Source of the DNA: Candidatus Woesearchaeota archaeon
Lineage (GTDB): Archaea; Nanobdellota; Nanobdellia; Woesearchaeales; SKGA01
Length of the DNA: 64,000 nucleotides
NCBI GenBank assembly: GCA_021734105.1
Contig: JAIPJP010000002.1
Location: forward strand, 582 to 64,581
Direction: 5' to 3'
Of this stretch, positions 27,869 to 42,800 are shown one piece after another. The notes under the pieces were generated by a model, which ran no database searches, was not told where the DNA came from, and was given only the letters and a program-made list of their open reading frames with translations. Numbering within the stretch: position 1 is the first letter of the stretch; the number at the start of each line of letters is the position of its first letter. The position numbers and the translations under genes are program-made.

Positions 27869-30800
27869 ATGCTTTTTCTAGCTACGGCGACAGTCTTTTC
27901 TTTTACAGAACAAACATCCTCTGAGACTCTTTCTGTACATTTTCCACAACTTTCTGAGCGTACTCTTGAAATAACTTCTCAGGCAAGCAACTACACTATA
28001 GAAAACCTTACTCGAAACCCCATAGTGTTTGGAAAACCAGTCAGTTGGGAACTTCTTCTTTCTGATGGTGTTCAATTATTTAACGTTGAATATACTACGC
28101 CTCCCGTAGTTGTAGCATCCACACAAACTAATACTGCAACGACCTGGCAAAAAGAATTAACTTTTAGTACTAATTTCACCGAAGGTTATGCTAATATTTC
28201 TTATGAGGATGTTCTCCCGCATTTAACAAACTTTACTATTACCCCTCCTATTAGCTATGCAATAGGTTATAATAATGCAATTAGTTTTACACTTCCACAA
28301 TTAGTGTTAGAAGAAACAATTCTTTTACAAGCATCTTTTTTAGATACTAATAACTCAATTTTTAATACTACAAACACTTCGCCTTTGATTAACATAAATA
28401 CAAGCCACACCAATCAAACAGTTGTTGTTAACCACACCTTTCCAACCCCACAAGAAACACTTAAAACTCAACAAGCAAAAAGTAAGCATGGCAACTTTGC
28501 TTTAACTCTGGCTAAAGGTCAAATCAAAAAAATAGCTATGGCTGATGATTTTTTCCTAACTGTAGAACTAGAAAATATCACTCAACCAGAGAATACAACA
28601 ATTGATATTGAACTACCTAAACCAGTTCATAAAAATATACATCTTTATCTTTGGTATGAAACACCAACTGGTGATTTTAAATCAATTCCTTACATCTTTT
28701 CTAAAAATAGAAAAACACTCACTTTACATTTAGCGGACTTAGCACTCGCACCAAGAGCAGGCGCAATGAAATTTAGACTCAAAGTTGGCCTTTCTGACTA
28801 TGCTGTTTCTGTGAATAAAAAATCTGCACAAGAAGTAGATGCAGTTATTGATTCAAAACTAGTAGTATTTGAAACGGCATTTGCAGATGTACAATCATTT
28901 TCCATTGTTGATCCAGAAAACTTGCCAGAAGTTCCACAACAAGCAGGCGAGTTTACTCACAAACTTCTCAAATTCACGTTAGAAAATCTCACGCAACCAA
29001 ACGTTACTATTAACTTAACATTTGATGATTTACCTGAAGATTTCCAACTATGGAAATTTAATGCAAACACAGGCAACTGGTACACTTTCCCTTACACACA
29101 ACTTGACGCAAATACGCTGCAAATTACTCTTGTTGATGGAGGACTAGGGGATGATGACGGAATTGTTAATGGAATAATTGTTGATGACTTGGGTATCACC
29201 TTGGGCTGGCAAAACGATAGCTTTGACTGGCGAATTGCATTTAACGTTACTGCAACATCGGGAAGCCTAGTTAATTATTCAACACTAGTACTTCTTAATA
29301 ACACAGTTTTTAATTTTAGCAACGCGCAAGACGATTTAGCAGACCTTCGAATAGCTTACTACAATGCAACAGCAGACACGGAAACGCTCGTTGCTCATTG
29401 GGTGGAAAACTACGATCAAAACTTTAGCTCAGGAAGCACTGCTGCACGTGTATGGTTTAAAGCACTCTACTTGGCAAACAATACTAACACCACCTTCTTT
29501 GTCTATTATGGAAACCCATCAGCAAGCTCAACTGCAAACGGAAGCGACGTATTTCTTTATTTTGATGACTTTGAAAACGGCATCGGATTTGATACAGGAG
29601 AATTATCTTTAGTACAAAACACTAGTTCAGCAAAAACAGGAACCTATGGAATTTCAGGAGATGGAACTGAAACGTATGATCAAGCATTTAATTCAGGTGT
29701 AAACAGTGGACAAGATATTGTTGTTGAGTCATGGGTGAAAAGTTGGGATTGTGATAAATCTCAAGACACTTCTCTTGCAGGTGTCATGGTTGGCCATCCA
29801 ACAGTAGGAGTGGACCAAGATGGCTATCAAGCATATCTTGATGAACGAGGAAGTCCTTATTTAGGAATTAGACAAGATTATGACAACGGAGATGTTATAG
29901 CAAGTGCAACATCCCCTATAACAACATTTGACACGTGGTATTTTCATAGCTTTACTTGGACAACAGCTAATGAACTTATTTTCAAATTGTATGATGAAGA
30001 CAGATCATTACTGCAAACAATTTCTGCAACAGATGCAACATATACAGATGGAGAATTTGGAATTGGCGCTTGGGGATGTGCGAACTGGGACGAATTTAGA
30101 ATGAGACCATACACTGCAACAGAACCAACCATAACATTTTATTCGGGAAGCGATTTTGTAGGTATAGCAAACATATCTATAGATAGACCAGTTAACGAGT
30201 CAAATCAAACACGTATACAATCATTTACTATGAATGGAACACTTGTTTGTTCTCGAGGACAATCATGCGGAAATGTTAGTACTTATTTTCAATATTATAC
30301 AACGGCAGCACCAACACAAAGCTGGTTTGAAACATCCTATACTGATTTTAATGATTCTGATTTTGAAAATACTTATAATATATCCTCATCACAAAACGGA
30401 TTTATTTCTTTAGATGTAGTTAATTCAGGTCATGAATGGTGGAATGTTGACTGGTCAAATAGAATGCCGCTAAAGATTTCAAATGTAACAGCGAATGCAA
30501 CAGCAATTCCTGTAAAACTTATTATTAATTCTTCAATGGTCGGTACTTCTTTTGACTGGACTACTGATTATAACTCGTCACGTTTTATTTGGATGAATGA
30601 AACAAGCGGTCTAGCGCAATCAGCAGATTACTGGATTGAAGAATGGAATACAGGTGCTCAAAATGCAACTATTTGGGTAGAAATTCCTTATCTTGAAGAA
30701 AATACGAATACCTCACTATATTTGTATTATGGTAATGATGCAGTCACAACACTTTCAGATGTGGATTCAGTATTTTTATTCTATGATGACTTTAGCGACG

Positions 30801-33800
30801 GAAATGATGATGGTTGGACTGTTCGAAGTGGAACATGGGTCGTAGAAAATAATGAGTCATACTATCAAACAACAACATTAACCACTTATTTGATATCTGA
30901 AGCAGGTGATTCCTCTTGGGAAGATTATACTGTTGAAACATCAATAAACATGACTGGCTTTGGAGGCTCAACATTTTTTGCAGGGCTACTTTACCGCTAT
31001 CAAGATACAAACAATCATTATGCAGTTATTTTGGATGACCGTGCAGATGATAGCATTTGGCTTCGACAATGGATAGAGGGAAGCTACGCAACAGAAGATC
31101 AAGAATGGAATGATGTAAATGTAGATTTAAATGTTTTTTTACCCTTACGAGTTGATATATTTACTAACGATGCAGGAACGCATACCAACAGAATACATTT
31201 CGATAACACGATAAAAGAATATAACTACTCTGCGTTTGGAGCTGGTAATATTGGATTAATTGCTCATAACACGCAACCACGATATGATTTTGTTAGCGTA
31301 AGAAAATTTACGCCATCACAACTTGTTGTTACTAATTATTCTTCAGAAGAACTCAACGTTTCTTCAAACGGAGAATATTATTCGAATATTTATGACTTTG
31401 AAACAGAAGACGTAACTTTTGAGAAAATTTATTGGACTTCATCAGTTCCAGGGCAAACAAGTTTTTCAATGCATACGCGCTCATCAGTAGGACTTGCAGG
31501 CGCATGGTACTCAGCAGACTGGCCATACCAAAAAGAAATAAACATCAGTAACACAGCAGGACCACTTTACGAATACCAAGTATTTGTACAAGCGAACCTT
31601 TCAACTGAATACGCAGCAGGAAAAATACAAAACAACTGTAGTGATGTACGATTTATCTATCTTAACCAAACGTCTTTAGAACAACAAGAAGTAAACTTCT
31701 TTACTGATGCTTGTGATCTCACCAATGAAGACATTGCAGATTTTTGGGTGAAAGTTCCTTTCCTAAAAAATGGTACTATAACTAAACTCTACTTATACTA
31801 TGGAAATAACTCCTTGCCTTCAGCAAGCAATATTGCAAACACGTTTACCTATACTACCAATAGAACAGTTGGTTATGTAGTAAGTAATATGAGCGCTCGA
31901 AATGGTATTCGCGTCACGAGTTTAGAAGATAACAATGAAATAGCAGTTGGCAGCGTAGGACATCAATTAAATGAATTTGACAACGAACTTGTCGTAGGAG
32001 GAAGTCTTACTATTGGCTCGGCAATTAAAGCAAAAAACCTTATTCAAGCAGAAGGAAACGGTGATGCAGACGACATGATAGTTCCACTATCATGGGCAGC
32101 GACACATTTTGTCTATGAAGGTATGCGATCAGATAATGATACGTATTGTTTTGTCTCGCCATGGGGCACAGCAGAAGTTAATTTGAGCGAAACAGGAGTT
32201 TTGCAATGGACTGACAATGTAACAGCAGCGGGCGTTTGCTATCAAGCAGATTTTGCTTCAAACACTGCAACAACAGTTGATTCATCTATTCCAATACTTG
32301 CCTACCACCACGGAAGAGATATTTCTCAACCGCCACGAGACTCATGGCCATTTTATCCAGCATCAACAGGACCACTATATCACCCTTCACGATCTAACGC
32401 CATTTATATTGGCGTTGGAGAAAATATCACTACGCTCACTTGCTATGGGAGTGATGGTACTTCACAAACAAGAAGTAATGTCGCTGCATTTGGCTATACT
32501 GATTGTACATCTCTATCAAATGGAAACTCGGGAAGCGGTGCTGCAGCAAAAATCGTTTCAGACTATCCTATTGGTGCTGTACAACAAGCAGATCACGACG
32601 GGACAGAATCAACTGTCTTTGTACCTCGAAAAGAAATGGGAACCGTCTTTGGAGCATACCACGACGCAGAGTACATTGCTCTTGTTTCTCCTTACTCTGG
32701 ATTTGACTGCGACTTATATGATTCCTCAGGATTTGATAGTACAGCAACATTTAGCACATCCTCAACAGAAGGCGTTGCAAAAGCGTGCTTTGGCTGTGGA
32801 TCAGATGCGACTTACATAACAGGTCCGTGGAAAGTTGTGTGTGAACAACCAGTCTGGATATACTATGAAGAAGATAGTGATGGTGATGAAACAAATCTCT
32901 TTGGCTATAAACAAATGAGACAATATGTCTATCCAGCACCAACCGTAGCTGTTGAGTTAGATGAACTTAATTATACGTATGTTTCTGGAAATCCAGATGA
33001 TTTTTATCAGTGGTCGCCATGGTTTTTAGAAACAGATAACACCTCAATTAGTTCACCAGATAATAGATATTTACAATATCGAGTCACACTTTCCACAACA
33101 AATTCTACAAAATCACCAATTCTAGATGATGTTACTTTAGAATATAAAATCATAGCAAACGCTTGGAAAAATATGAAACCTTCGGGAACATCATTTACTG
33201 CTAATAGTCCATATAGTTCTCTTCTTAATCAAACAGTAAATGTCACACCATCGCTAGCAGTAACGCCACAAGAAGTAGGAACCTATCTTGTCAGACTCCT
33301 TGCAAACAGCAGTTCACTTAGCGAAACATTCATCTCAGAAAATCGAAGCATTACTATTAATTTACAACCAGCATTCTCAAGCTTTACAACATCATCAAAC
33401 TTAGTTGCGCGTGATGGAGAAATTACGTTATCAGCACTGTTTTTAGATGACGTGGCTTCACCAATAAAATACTACAACGTTAGTTTTTATGATGAAACAG
33501 GAAATGGCAGTCGCTATTTTATTGGGTGGGCAATTACTGATGAAACAGGCTATGCAACAACAACCTACACGATTCCAAGCGATGCAACCTACGGCACGCA
33601 TATACTTAATGTTTCCTACAACGGCTCAACAACAAATTATATTAATAAAGCAGAACGAACAAGAACGATTAAAGTTTCTTCATCACCAGTAGTTCATGAC
33701 GTTTTTACTACTCCTGCAAATTTCGGCTACGGATTTAATATTTCTATTCAAGCAAATATAACTGACGGTGTTGGTCTTGATACAGTTCTAGTTAATATTA

Positions 33801-36800
33801 CAAATGAATCAGGACAAACTGAAACTCATGAAATGACTTTGCTTGATGGCTTCTATGTTTATAATTTTAGTCAACCATGGCTTAAACAAAATTATAATTA
33901 CACTATTATTGCAAATAATACTGATAGCGTTACAACAATAGCAACAGGAAATACTTTTGGTCTGGTTGTTCAATCATATGTTGATATAAAAACAGAAAAG
34001 GATGCTTATAGAAATAATGAGTTAGTAGAACTTTCCTTAACTAAAGGTCAATGGCCTGAAATGGAAGGTTGGCTTTATCGACTACCTGTTAATATAACTT
34101 CAGAAGCAAGTCTGACCGATTATCAAGTTCAAATTAATTTAGATTCTTCGAATTTTAGATTTAGCGAGTCAAATAATGGCTCAGATATACGATTCACTTA
34201 TTATAATACAACAACGGGCAATGAAACAAACATTTCTCATTGGACTGAAAGTTATAATGCAACAGCTCAAAGCGCAACCATTTGGGTAAACGTACCTGAA
34301 ATTTCAGATACCGTTCAAACAAAAATCAATCTTTATTATGGAAATGATAATGTGAATTCATCAAGTAATGGAACAAACACCTTCATTTACTTTGAAGACT
34401 TTGACACCACGCCATTTGATTGGTATAATAGTCCTGCAGGAAGTGGTGTTGTTTTAGATAGTACTCGCGCATATAGTGGCACATACTCAGGTCATAAAAT
34501 CGGAGGAAATGATTATCGAGGAGCTATAGAAGATGTAGGAACGACCTTTGGTCGAGATGTCATTATGGAGTTTTGGGTAAATAGAAATGCAGCTTTTGGT
34601 GGTGGACAAGTTGATCGTATAGGTTTTATTGAAGGAACGGGGGATGGTTATGGTTGGGCATTTGATCATAATGCAGACGACATTTTAACCGATGTACGAA
34701 CAAACTACGGGCCCGCTACATTGAATCCAACTTCAACACCAGATGTTATGGATGAATGGGTCTTTGGACAATTTGTCGTTAAAGCATCAGGAGTTGTTGA
34801 AGCATATCGATATGTTGATGGTACGCTTTTGGGAAGCATGGCAACAACTAGCTCAACACATAACGCCTTTAATCGCGTTTATATTTTTGGAGGGTATGAT
34901 TATTGGGTAGATGATATACGAATTAGAAAAACTAGTGACACTGCTTTTCTAACAACCTCATTTGGCACTGAAGAAGTTGATGCTCTTGGCTTAATTAATG
35001 AGGAAAATACAAAATTTAAAGGAGACTTAAAAATGATAGTCCAACGATGGACTGGCTCTGCGTGGCAGAATCTAAACCCTCCTGTCATCGAAGATGATGA
35101 GCAAATTCTCGATACTTACGAAGTTGTAGATCTAGCATCCATTTGGGACGCAGCAGGTGCATGGAACACCACAACAAGAGCACCAGGAACCTACAGAATT
35201 TACGCAATTATGGAAGACTCCTCAAATAACCTCCTTGAAAATATTGACGGCACTTATATTGTAGGTTCAGCAAACTTTACTATTAAAGAATCAGAAGTGC
35301 GACTCGTTAACCTTACTTACGAAAATGAATTTGAACAAGGTCTCCTTGCATATGAAACAGGCGATGTTATAGACTGGATAAATGCAACCGTTCAAGCATT
35401 TGAAAACATTGCGTATGACGCGAACGCGACATTGAGCCTTCTAGATAGCTCTAAATCATCTGTTGGCTGGGGACCACAAAGCGAAACAAAACTCTGTGGG
35501 GATCTTTTAGAAAATCAGACGTGCGAACAACAATGGAATAACGCAAGCAATGGATACATTATTCCAACTGATGCAGCATCAGGAACCTACACGTTTTACT
35601 GGGATGTTCTTTCTACATCGGAAAACGGACAAGAATACAGCAATAATTCTATTTCCTTTGCTGTTCACAACATTCCTCAAACAGCAAACACTAGCCTTTC
35701 ACAAACAAGAGTCTACAAGCCAAATAGTACTATCTTTAATGTAACTTTTACCAATTTATGGAATGAAAACTTAAGTGGTGTTTCAGCAAACATTAACTGC
35801 CCAGCATTCAGCGGGTTTACCTGCCAGAACTTGACGCCAACAACGTTTAGCAGTATTGAAAACGAAACAGACTTCACCATACAATTTAACGTGAGCGCAA
35901 ATGAAAGCGTGCCGTCAAATGATTATAACTTAACTGTAGAACTTAATTACACCAACCCGGGCGGAGAAACAAAATCTTGGAATGCAACAGCAAACACTTT
36001 GCTGGAAGTGCGACTTGCAGGTATACTCGTTATCACTGATTACTTGCACCCAATAACGGTAACTAGAAACAATAATGCAAACTTTTACGCATACATGAAT
36101 AATAGCGGCGACACCATAGCAACAAACGCTTGGCTAAACTACACGTTCCCGACAGGCTGGACTGTAACAACAGGAAATCAAGACGAATCATTTGCAAGCA
36201 TTCCAATTAATGGAGTTGTATGGAACAATATTACCGCGCAACCAGGAATTAACGCACTCTTAGGGTCAAGAACTATTCGACTCGATTCAAACGCAGATGA
36301 CGGAAGAAACGACTTTAAACAATATACTGTAACTGTTTATGCAAACACGTCACTTTCATTAACAAAAAACCTTAGCATTGTAAATCGAGGAGAACACATT
36401 GGATTAACAGGAACACTTACGTACGATAATGGAACGCCTGTAACTAACCGCTGGATATATTTTTACGATGAAACAGAAAACACTTACCTTGGCGCAAATC
36501 AAACAAACGCACTAGGACAAGCAACACTGGCTTATTATATTAACTCCTCTTCAACCTTAAGTTTGCACACACTTAATGCAAGCTTTAACGGCACAACAAG
36601 TCTTTACCTTCGGCCAACAGCGACAACAACAAGTATTGACGTTCATGAAAAACCACAATTTTCAAACGTGCTTATTTCACCAAACCTTTCTGGCTATGGA
36701 AGCAATGTCTACATAAATTCAACTGTAACAGATATTGACGTCTTTGACGAAATAGATACCGTCTGGGCAATTATTACTTATCCAGACGCTTCAACACAAC

Positions 36801-39800
36801 GAGTAAACCTTACTAATGTACCTCCCGATGATTTTTATTATATTTTTAATGAAACATGGGAATTAGGAAACTACGCTGTAACACTTTATGCAAATGACAC
36901 GACTGGCGCGCAAAACAATTCAAACAGCTATTCATTTAGCGTTAACGCAAGCCTTCTTCTTTCTATGCAAACAGCACAAAACAGCTATTCTCAAAACGAA
37001 GAAGTAAACTTAAGTGATGGCGGTCTAACTTCTTGGTGGAATACAGACTGGCCATACCGAATAGCAATCACTGCAGAAAACACCGCAGAAAACTTAACTG
37101 ACTATCAACTCTTTATCAGACGAAACCTAGGAACAGCTTATACCAACGGAAACATCCAAGCAGATTGTAGCGACGTACGATTCACGTATTATAACACAAC
37201 AGCACAAACAGAACAAGAAATAACGTTTTATACGGACTATTGTAGTTTAACATCAATTAACAACGCAGACTTCTGGGCAAAAATACCTTTTATGCAAAAC
37301 GCAACCAACACAACAGTTTACTTATACTATGGTAATAATCAAGCAACAGATGCAAGCAACCTTACAGCAACATTCACCTATGACTCGCCAAAAACTATTG
37401 GGTACGTTGTCGGCGAAGATCACGTAAGCAATGGACTAGAAATTATGAGTTATGTTGCAAGTAACGAAGTTAATGTGGGTGCAAGTACGTATACTTTAGG
37501 AGAATTCGGCACACAAACAGTGAGCTCAGGACTTTCTCTTGCAACAGAAATTCAAGCAAAAGATGCAGTGCAAATAGAGGGAGCAGGAGCAGACGATGAC
37601 ATTATCGCGCCAGTATCATGGGCATCAACCGAATTTATTTTTGGTGGTATGCGATCAAACGACCGATTTTGTATGTTGAGTCCATGGGGCAGTGCGAGCG
37701 TTACTATTTATGATGGTGGAAGTAGTGATTGGTCAGGAACAGTAACAAGTAGCGGAACATGCCAAACAGTTGATATTAGTAACGGGAATGCAGCACGTGT
37801 TGTTTCAGACATACCTATTTTAGTAGTAAAAACATCTACAAATAGTCGAGACGCGTATACCTTTTATCCAGCAACAACTGATGATATTTATGGAGGCTCA
37901 GCATCAAATGCTGTTTTTATCGCATCAGGACCAAGCGTTACTGCAGTAAGCTGCATTGGCGCAGATGCAACTTCAGGAAGTACATCAATTCCTGCAAATG
38001 ATGAATATGACTGTGGTGCAGATGTAACTACGGGAGATTCAGGTTCGGGAACAGCAGTAAAAGTAGTATCTGATTATAAAATAGGGGCAATACAACAAGC
38101 AGATCATGATGGGACGGAATCTACTGTTCTTGTTCCAACAAAAGAATTTGGAACAGTCTTTGGCTCAGGACTTGACGCACAATACATTGCAGTAGTTTCA
38201 CTCACGCAAAATAATAATTGTAGTATTTACACATCAGGCGGTCTTTTTGACTGGGATATTTCAACTGGAACAAGTGCTCTTTCTCAAGCTTGCTTTGGTT
38301 GTAACTCGGATAGTGTCTTTGTATCGGGCCCATGGAAAATGGAATGCGAACAACCTGTTTGGGCTTATTATGAGGATGATAATGATCATGAAACAAATAT
38401 GCTTAGTTATAAACAGCTCAGACAATACGTGCACCCTGAACCAAGCTTAACGTATTCTAGCGAACAAAGCAGAGGATCAAAAGTTTACAATCAACAAACA
38501 AACACGCATAAAGGATACGTACTCTTAACTGTTCAAGAAAACTCAACAGGAAGTTGGAATCACGTCGCAACTATTAGTAATGACACGAGCACACTGCGAA
38601 GTATTCCTGCAACAGGATTAGACTTAGCAACTATTTGGAATAGTGTTTCTTGGAACACAGGAACAATTGCTGCAGGAACCTATCGTGCATACGGAGCATT
38701 GCAAGACGATCAAGGAACAACATTAACAAACTATGATTCTTCAGAAATAACGGGCGATTGGGAATTCATTCTTGAAGCGCCAGACCTACACTTAGCAATT
38801 GATGATCTGCGCATTTATGATGTCACTGAAACAGCACAAGCAAACTGGAGAATTTATACTGGCGACTTAATTGGATCAGGACTAAACAACTCGCACACGC
38901 TTTACAAAGATGATATCTACCGAATAGAAGTCGATGTAGAAAATATTGGATCAACAACATGGACAATTAATGATACAACTATTAATTACTCGAATTTTAA
39001 TCAGAATTGGACGATTAACGAAACGGATTATATTTGGTACTCGACACTTGCTACCATTGCAAATCGACGAGCAGACACGTCAAAACTTTCAGGAAATTTC
39101 ACTGACACAATCACTTGGGATATTAGTAGTAATCAAGGAACTGTCGCTGCAGGAGACGTTGCAACATTCTTTTTTATTATTAATATGAGTGAGGAAGATA
39201 CGAAAGGCATTCGATTTAGAATAGAGCACCCTGACTTTGACATTTCAGACTACTCCACCTTAGAAAGTATTATTTTTACAGTCAACGCCCCAGCACTTTA
39301 CAACGACATCTACAATTTTACTGATACAAAAGTAATCAGAGGAGACAACACAACACTTTACGCGCGATGGGATAAAACAATTGGAGAAGCAAATTTTACC
39401 TACAACGTCGTTACACCAGTAGGCTACGCCACCTATCAAAACACTACTCCTGCAAATACGAAAAATTGGTCAAATTATACTATTAATACTGGTTCCACCT
39501 GGTTTTTAGGAAATCACAGTGCAAAAATAATCGTAGAAGATCAAAGTGGCAATACCAACACCTCTTTACCTTACTTAACGTTTGGAGTTTGGGGCCATGC
39601 ACAACCAACATCCATACAACTTAACACTAGCAATATTGCCGTAGGCGACAATGTTTCTATTCAATGTAGAATTACAGACGCAACAAACGGAAATAGCGTT
39701 ATCGCAGGATATAACGTAAGCTTTACTAATGGAACAGATACTCTTGGCTGGAACACAACTAGTGCTACAGGATGGGCAGTATTTAATTATCATGATCTTA

Positions 39801-42800
39801 CAGCGGGCTCAGAGCAAGTCGGTTGTTTTATTACCGAATCAGCCGCAGATTTTTACACTATTGGTGCTCTTAATAGCACTATGACAACACTTCTTACAAC
39901 AGAAGAAGTACTTCCAACTTACTCATCGCTATCAGGACCAACAACTGCACATAAAGGAGATGTTGTTGGACTTAATAGTTATTGGCAAGATAATTTCGGC
40001 CTTGACTTTGCAAACCTTTCAACAAACGCAACAGGAACCTTTGCAAATGCTAGTCGCTTAGAAATTTCAGGACTTGCTGACTGGGCAAATTTTAGTTATA
40101 CGATTCCGACATCAATGACCCCTGGGACTTTAGGATGGAAAGTACATGGTGTTGATACTTCAGGAAATGTGAACACTACTTATGTTTCAACTATAGCTGT
40201 CTGGGGATATTCTGAAATTGGCTCTTCAACACTTAGTCCTGCAAGTGTGCAAGAAGGCAATCCAACAACTATGGGTTGTCGAATTGTAGATGAGCAATCT
40301 CTTAGCGCACTTTCAAATTATAACGTTACTTTTTATTATCAAAACAAATCAAACCCTGGCTACATTTATCTGGGTTACAATCTAACCAATACGACAGGAT
40401 GGGCAAATTACAATTTCATACTTCCTAATGCATCAACCTATGATATTAAATGTAATATTACTGATGATGCAACGCAACAATACAACTCTTCAACACCATT
40501 TTTTGCAGTAAAAGAACTTAATGTTGTATCGAGCGCAGACGTATATCCGCCACTCATTATTAATGGAAATTATGGTATAAATGATACTGAACTTTATAGA
40601 GGACAATGTTTCATGGTCTATGGTGAATGGAACGAATCAATTAATGAATCTTGGATACAATACAATAACACACCAACAAACATCACTGAATTTAATGGCA
40701 CTGCACCATTCACTGCAAACTGGACAAACATATCTATTTGCACCAACAATACCTGGGTCCCAGGAGAATATACTGTCCAACTCTTTGCAAAAGACCAAGA
40801 AGGAAACCTTAACAACACGTTATCAACACTATCTTTTGAAGTAAAAGCACGAGCAAACCTTTCGTGGATAGGACCGATAGGCGACCTTAATAGAACAACA
40901 ATAAATTTGAGTTGTCAAGTACATGACTTTGATACAGGAGACCCTATCAGCGGATACACTGTTCGATTCTACGATGGAGATGAAGGAAGCACCTTAGGTA
41001 ATGTAGCAACTAACGCAAGCGGTGTTGCAACACTGGAATATGATTATACAATCATTAACTCAGGAAATCCAGTTAACGTAGGACCAGACGCACTTTCGTG
41101 TCAGATATTTGTATCAGCAGGCTATGAACTTGCAACCAGCTTTGTAGAAGAAACTGTCTACTTTTACGGCGACCTTGCTGCAAATATTACAACGCCAGTT
41201 TCAGGAGCAATTATGCACACAGGAGTTGCAGAATCATTAGTAGTTAATGCTGAAGATGAATTTGGTAACACAGTAAGGGATATTAATGGTAACGTAGCAA
41301 CCATAGATGCAACTTGGAAAAATAGCACGCAAACAACACTTGCAACGGGGGCTAGCACTACTTGGTCAATTCCTGCAACGTACGCAACAGGAGTAGAAAC
41401 CATCACAGTAAATATTACTGAGCCCTATTATCGATGGAACACTGATAGTGTTAATGTAAATATCTGGGGCTATGCAGATGTGACCATTTCAACACCTCCA
41501 GCAGGAACTTATGCGAATAATACGCCTTTGATGCTGACGTGTCGAGTAACTAACAGCGCAACAGGACAAGGAATAAACACGTACCCTATCGCATTTTATA
41601 ATGATTCAACACTTCTTACAACAACACCTGCAAACGCAACAGGCTATGCAACCTACACGATTAACACTAACACCATGCAAGAAGGAGACCGTGTTCTTCG
41701 ATGCGAAATTGATAACAACGCTCCACTTCTTTATAACAAAAGCAGCGCATATCAAAGTAATGTTAGCGTCATTGTAGATGCATCAGCACCCGTAATTATG
41801 TATACAGCAAGTAGTGATGCAAACAACACTTATAATAGAAACTGGATTTACGCGCGAGTACTTCTTACTGAACCAAACCTTGACACACTTTACTTAAATT
41901 GGAATGGAACAAACGAAACATTCACCGCAAGTGCAGGAAACGAATACTGGACAAACAAAACAGGACTTGGAGACGGAAACTATACGTACCTTGCTTGGGC
42001 AAACGACACTGCAGGAAACACAGGTCAATCACTTCTTCGAAAAGTAATTGTTGATACAACTTCTCCAGTTGTTACCATTTATTCTCCGCAAGAACAACCA
42101 TACAACGCAACAACACTTCTTATTAACTATACAGTAACTGATGCAAATGTTGACGCTTGCTGGTATAACCTTGATAATAACGCAACAACAAATAGTACTT
42201 TAACTGGATGTCAACTAGATAACTTAACGAGTCTAAGTGAAGGAAATCACAGCATCATAATATATGCAAATGACACTGCAGGAAACCTTGGACAAACAGC
42301 AATTAATTTCTCTGTAGATACTACCTTCCCAACAGTAAGCATCAGCCACCCAGTTAATACTTCATCTTACTTTGATGATAACGTACAAGACCTAAACTTT
42401 AGCACAGGAGACGACATTGCACTCGACTCTTGCTGGTACACCTTAGATAACGGCGCAGAAGCACCTATACCTGGCTGCGCAAATACCAGTATTTCTGGAT
42501 TAACCAATGAAAACCACACGTTAAGTGTTTTTGTTAACGACACAGCAGGAAACGTAAACAACGAAACAATTTGGTTTATTATTAACTTAAACAAACTTAT
42601 TCCTCTACCAGTAGCGCCAGAAAATAATTCTTATCTTAACAACCAAACCATTTATGTGAATGCAACAACAAATATTAACGCAACATCTTGTAATTACTCT
42701 ATTGATGACGGCGTACCAAGTAGTATGACTAACTCAACAAACCTTGATTGGTATGCACTCACGCCAGCTTTAACAGAAACATTCCATAATCTCACCTTCT

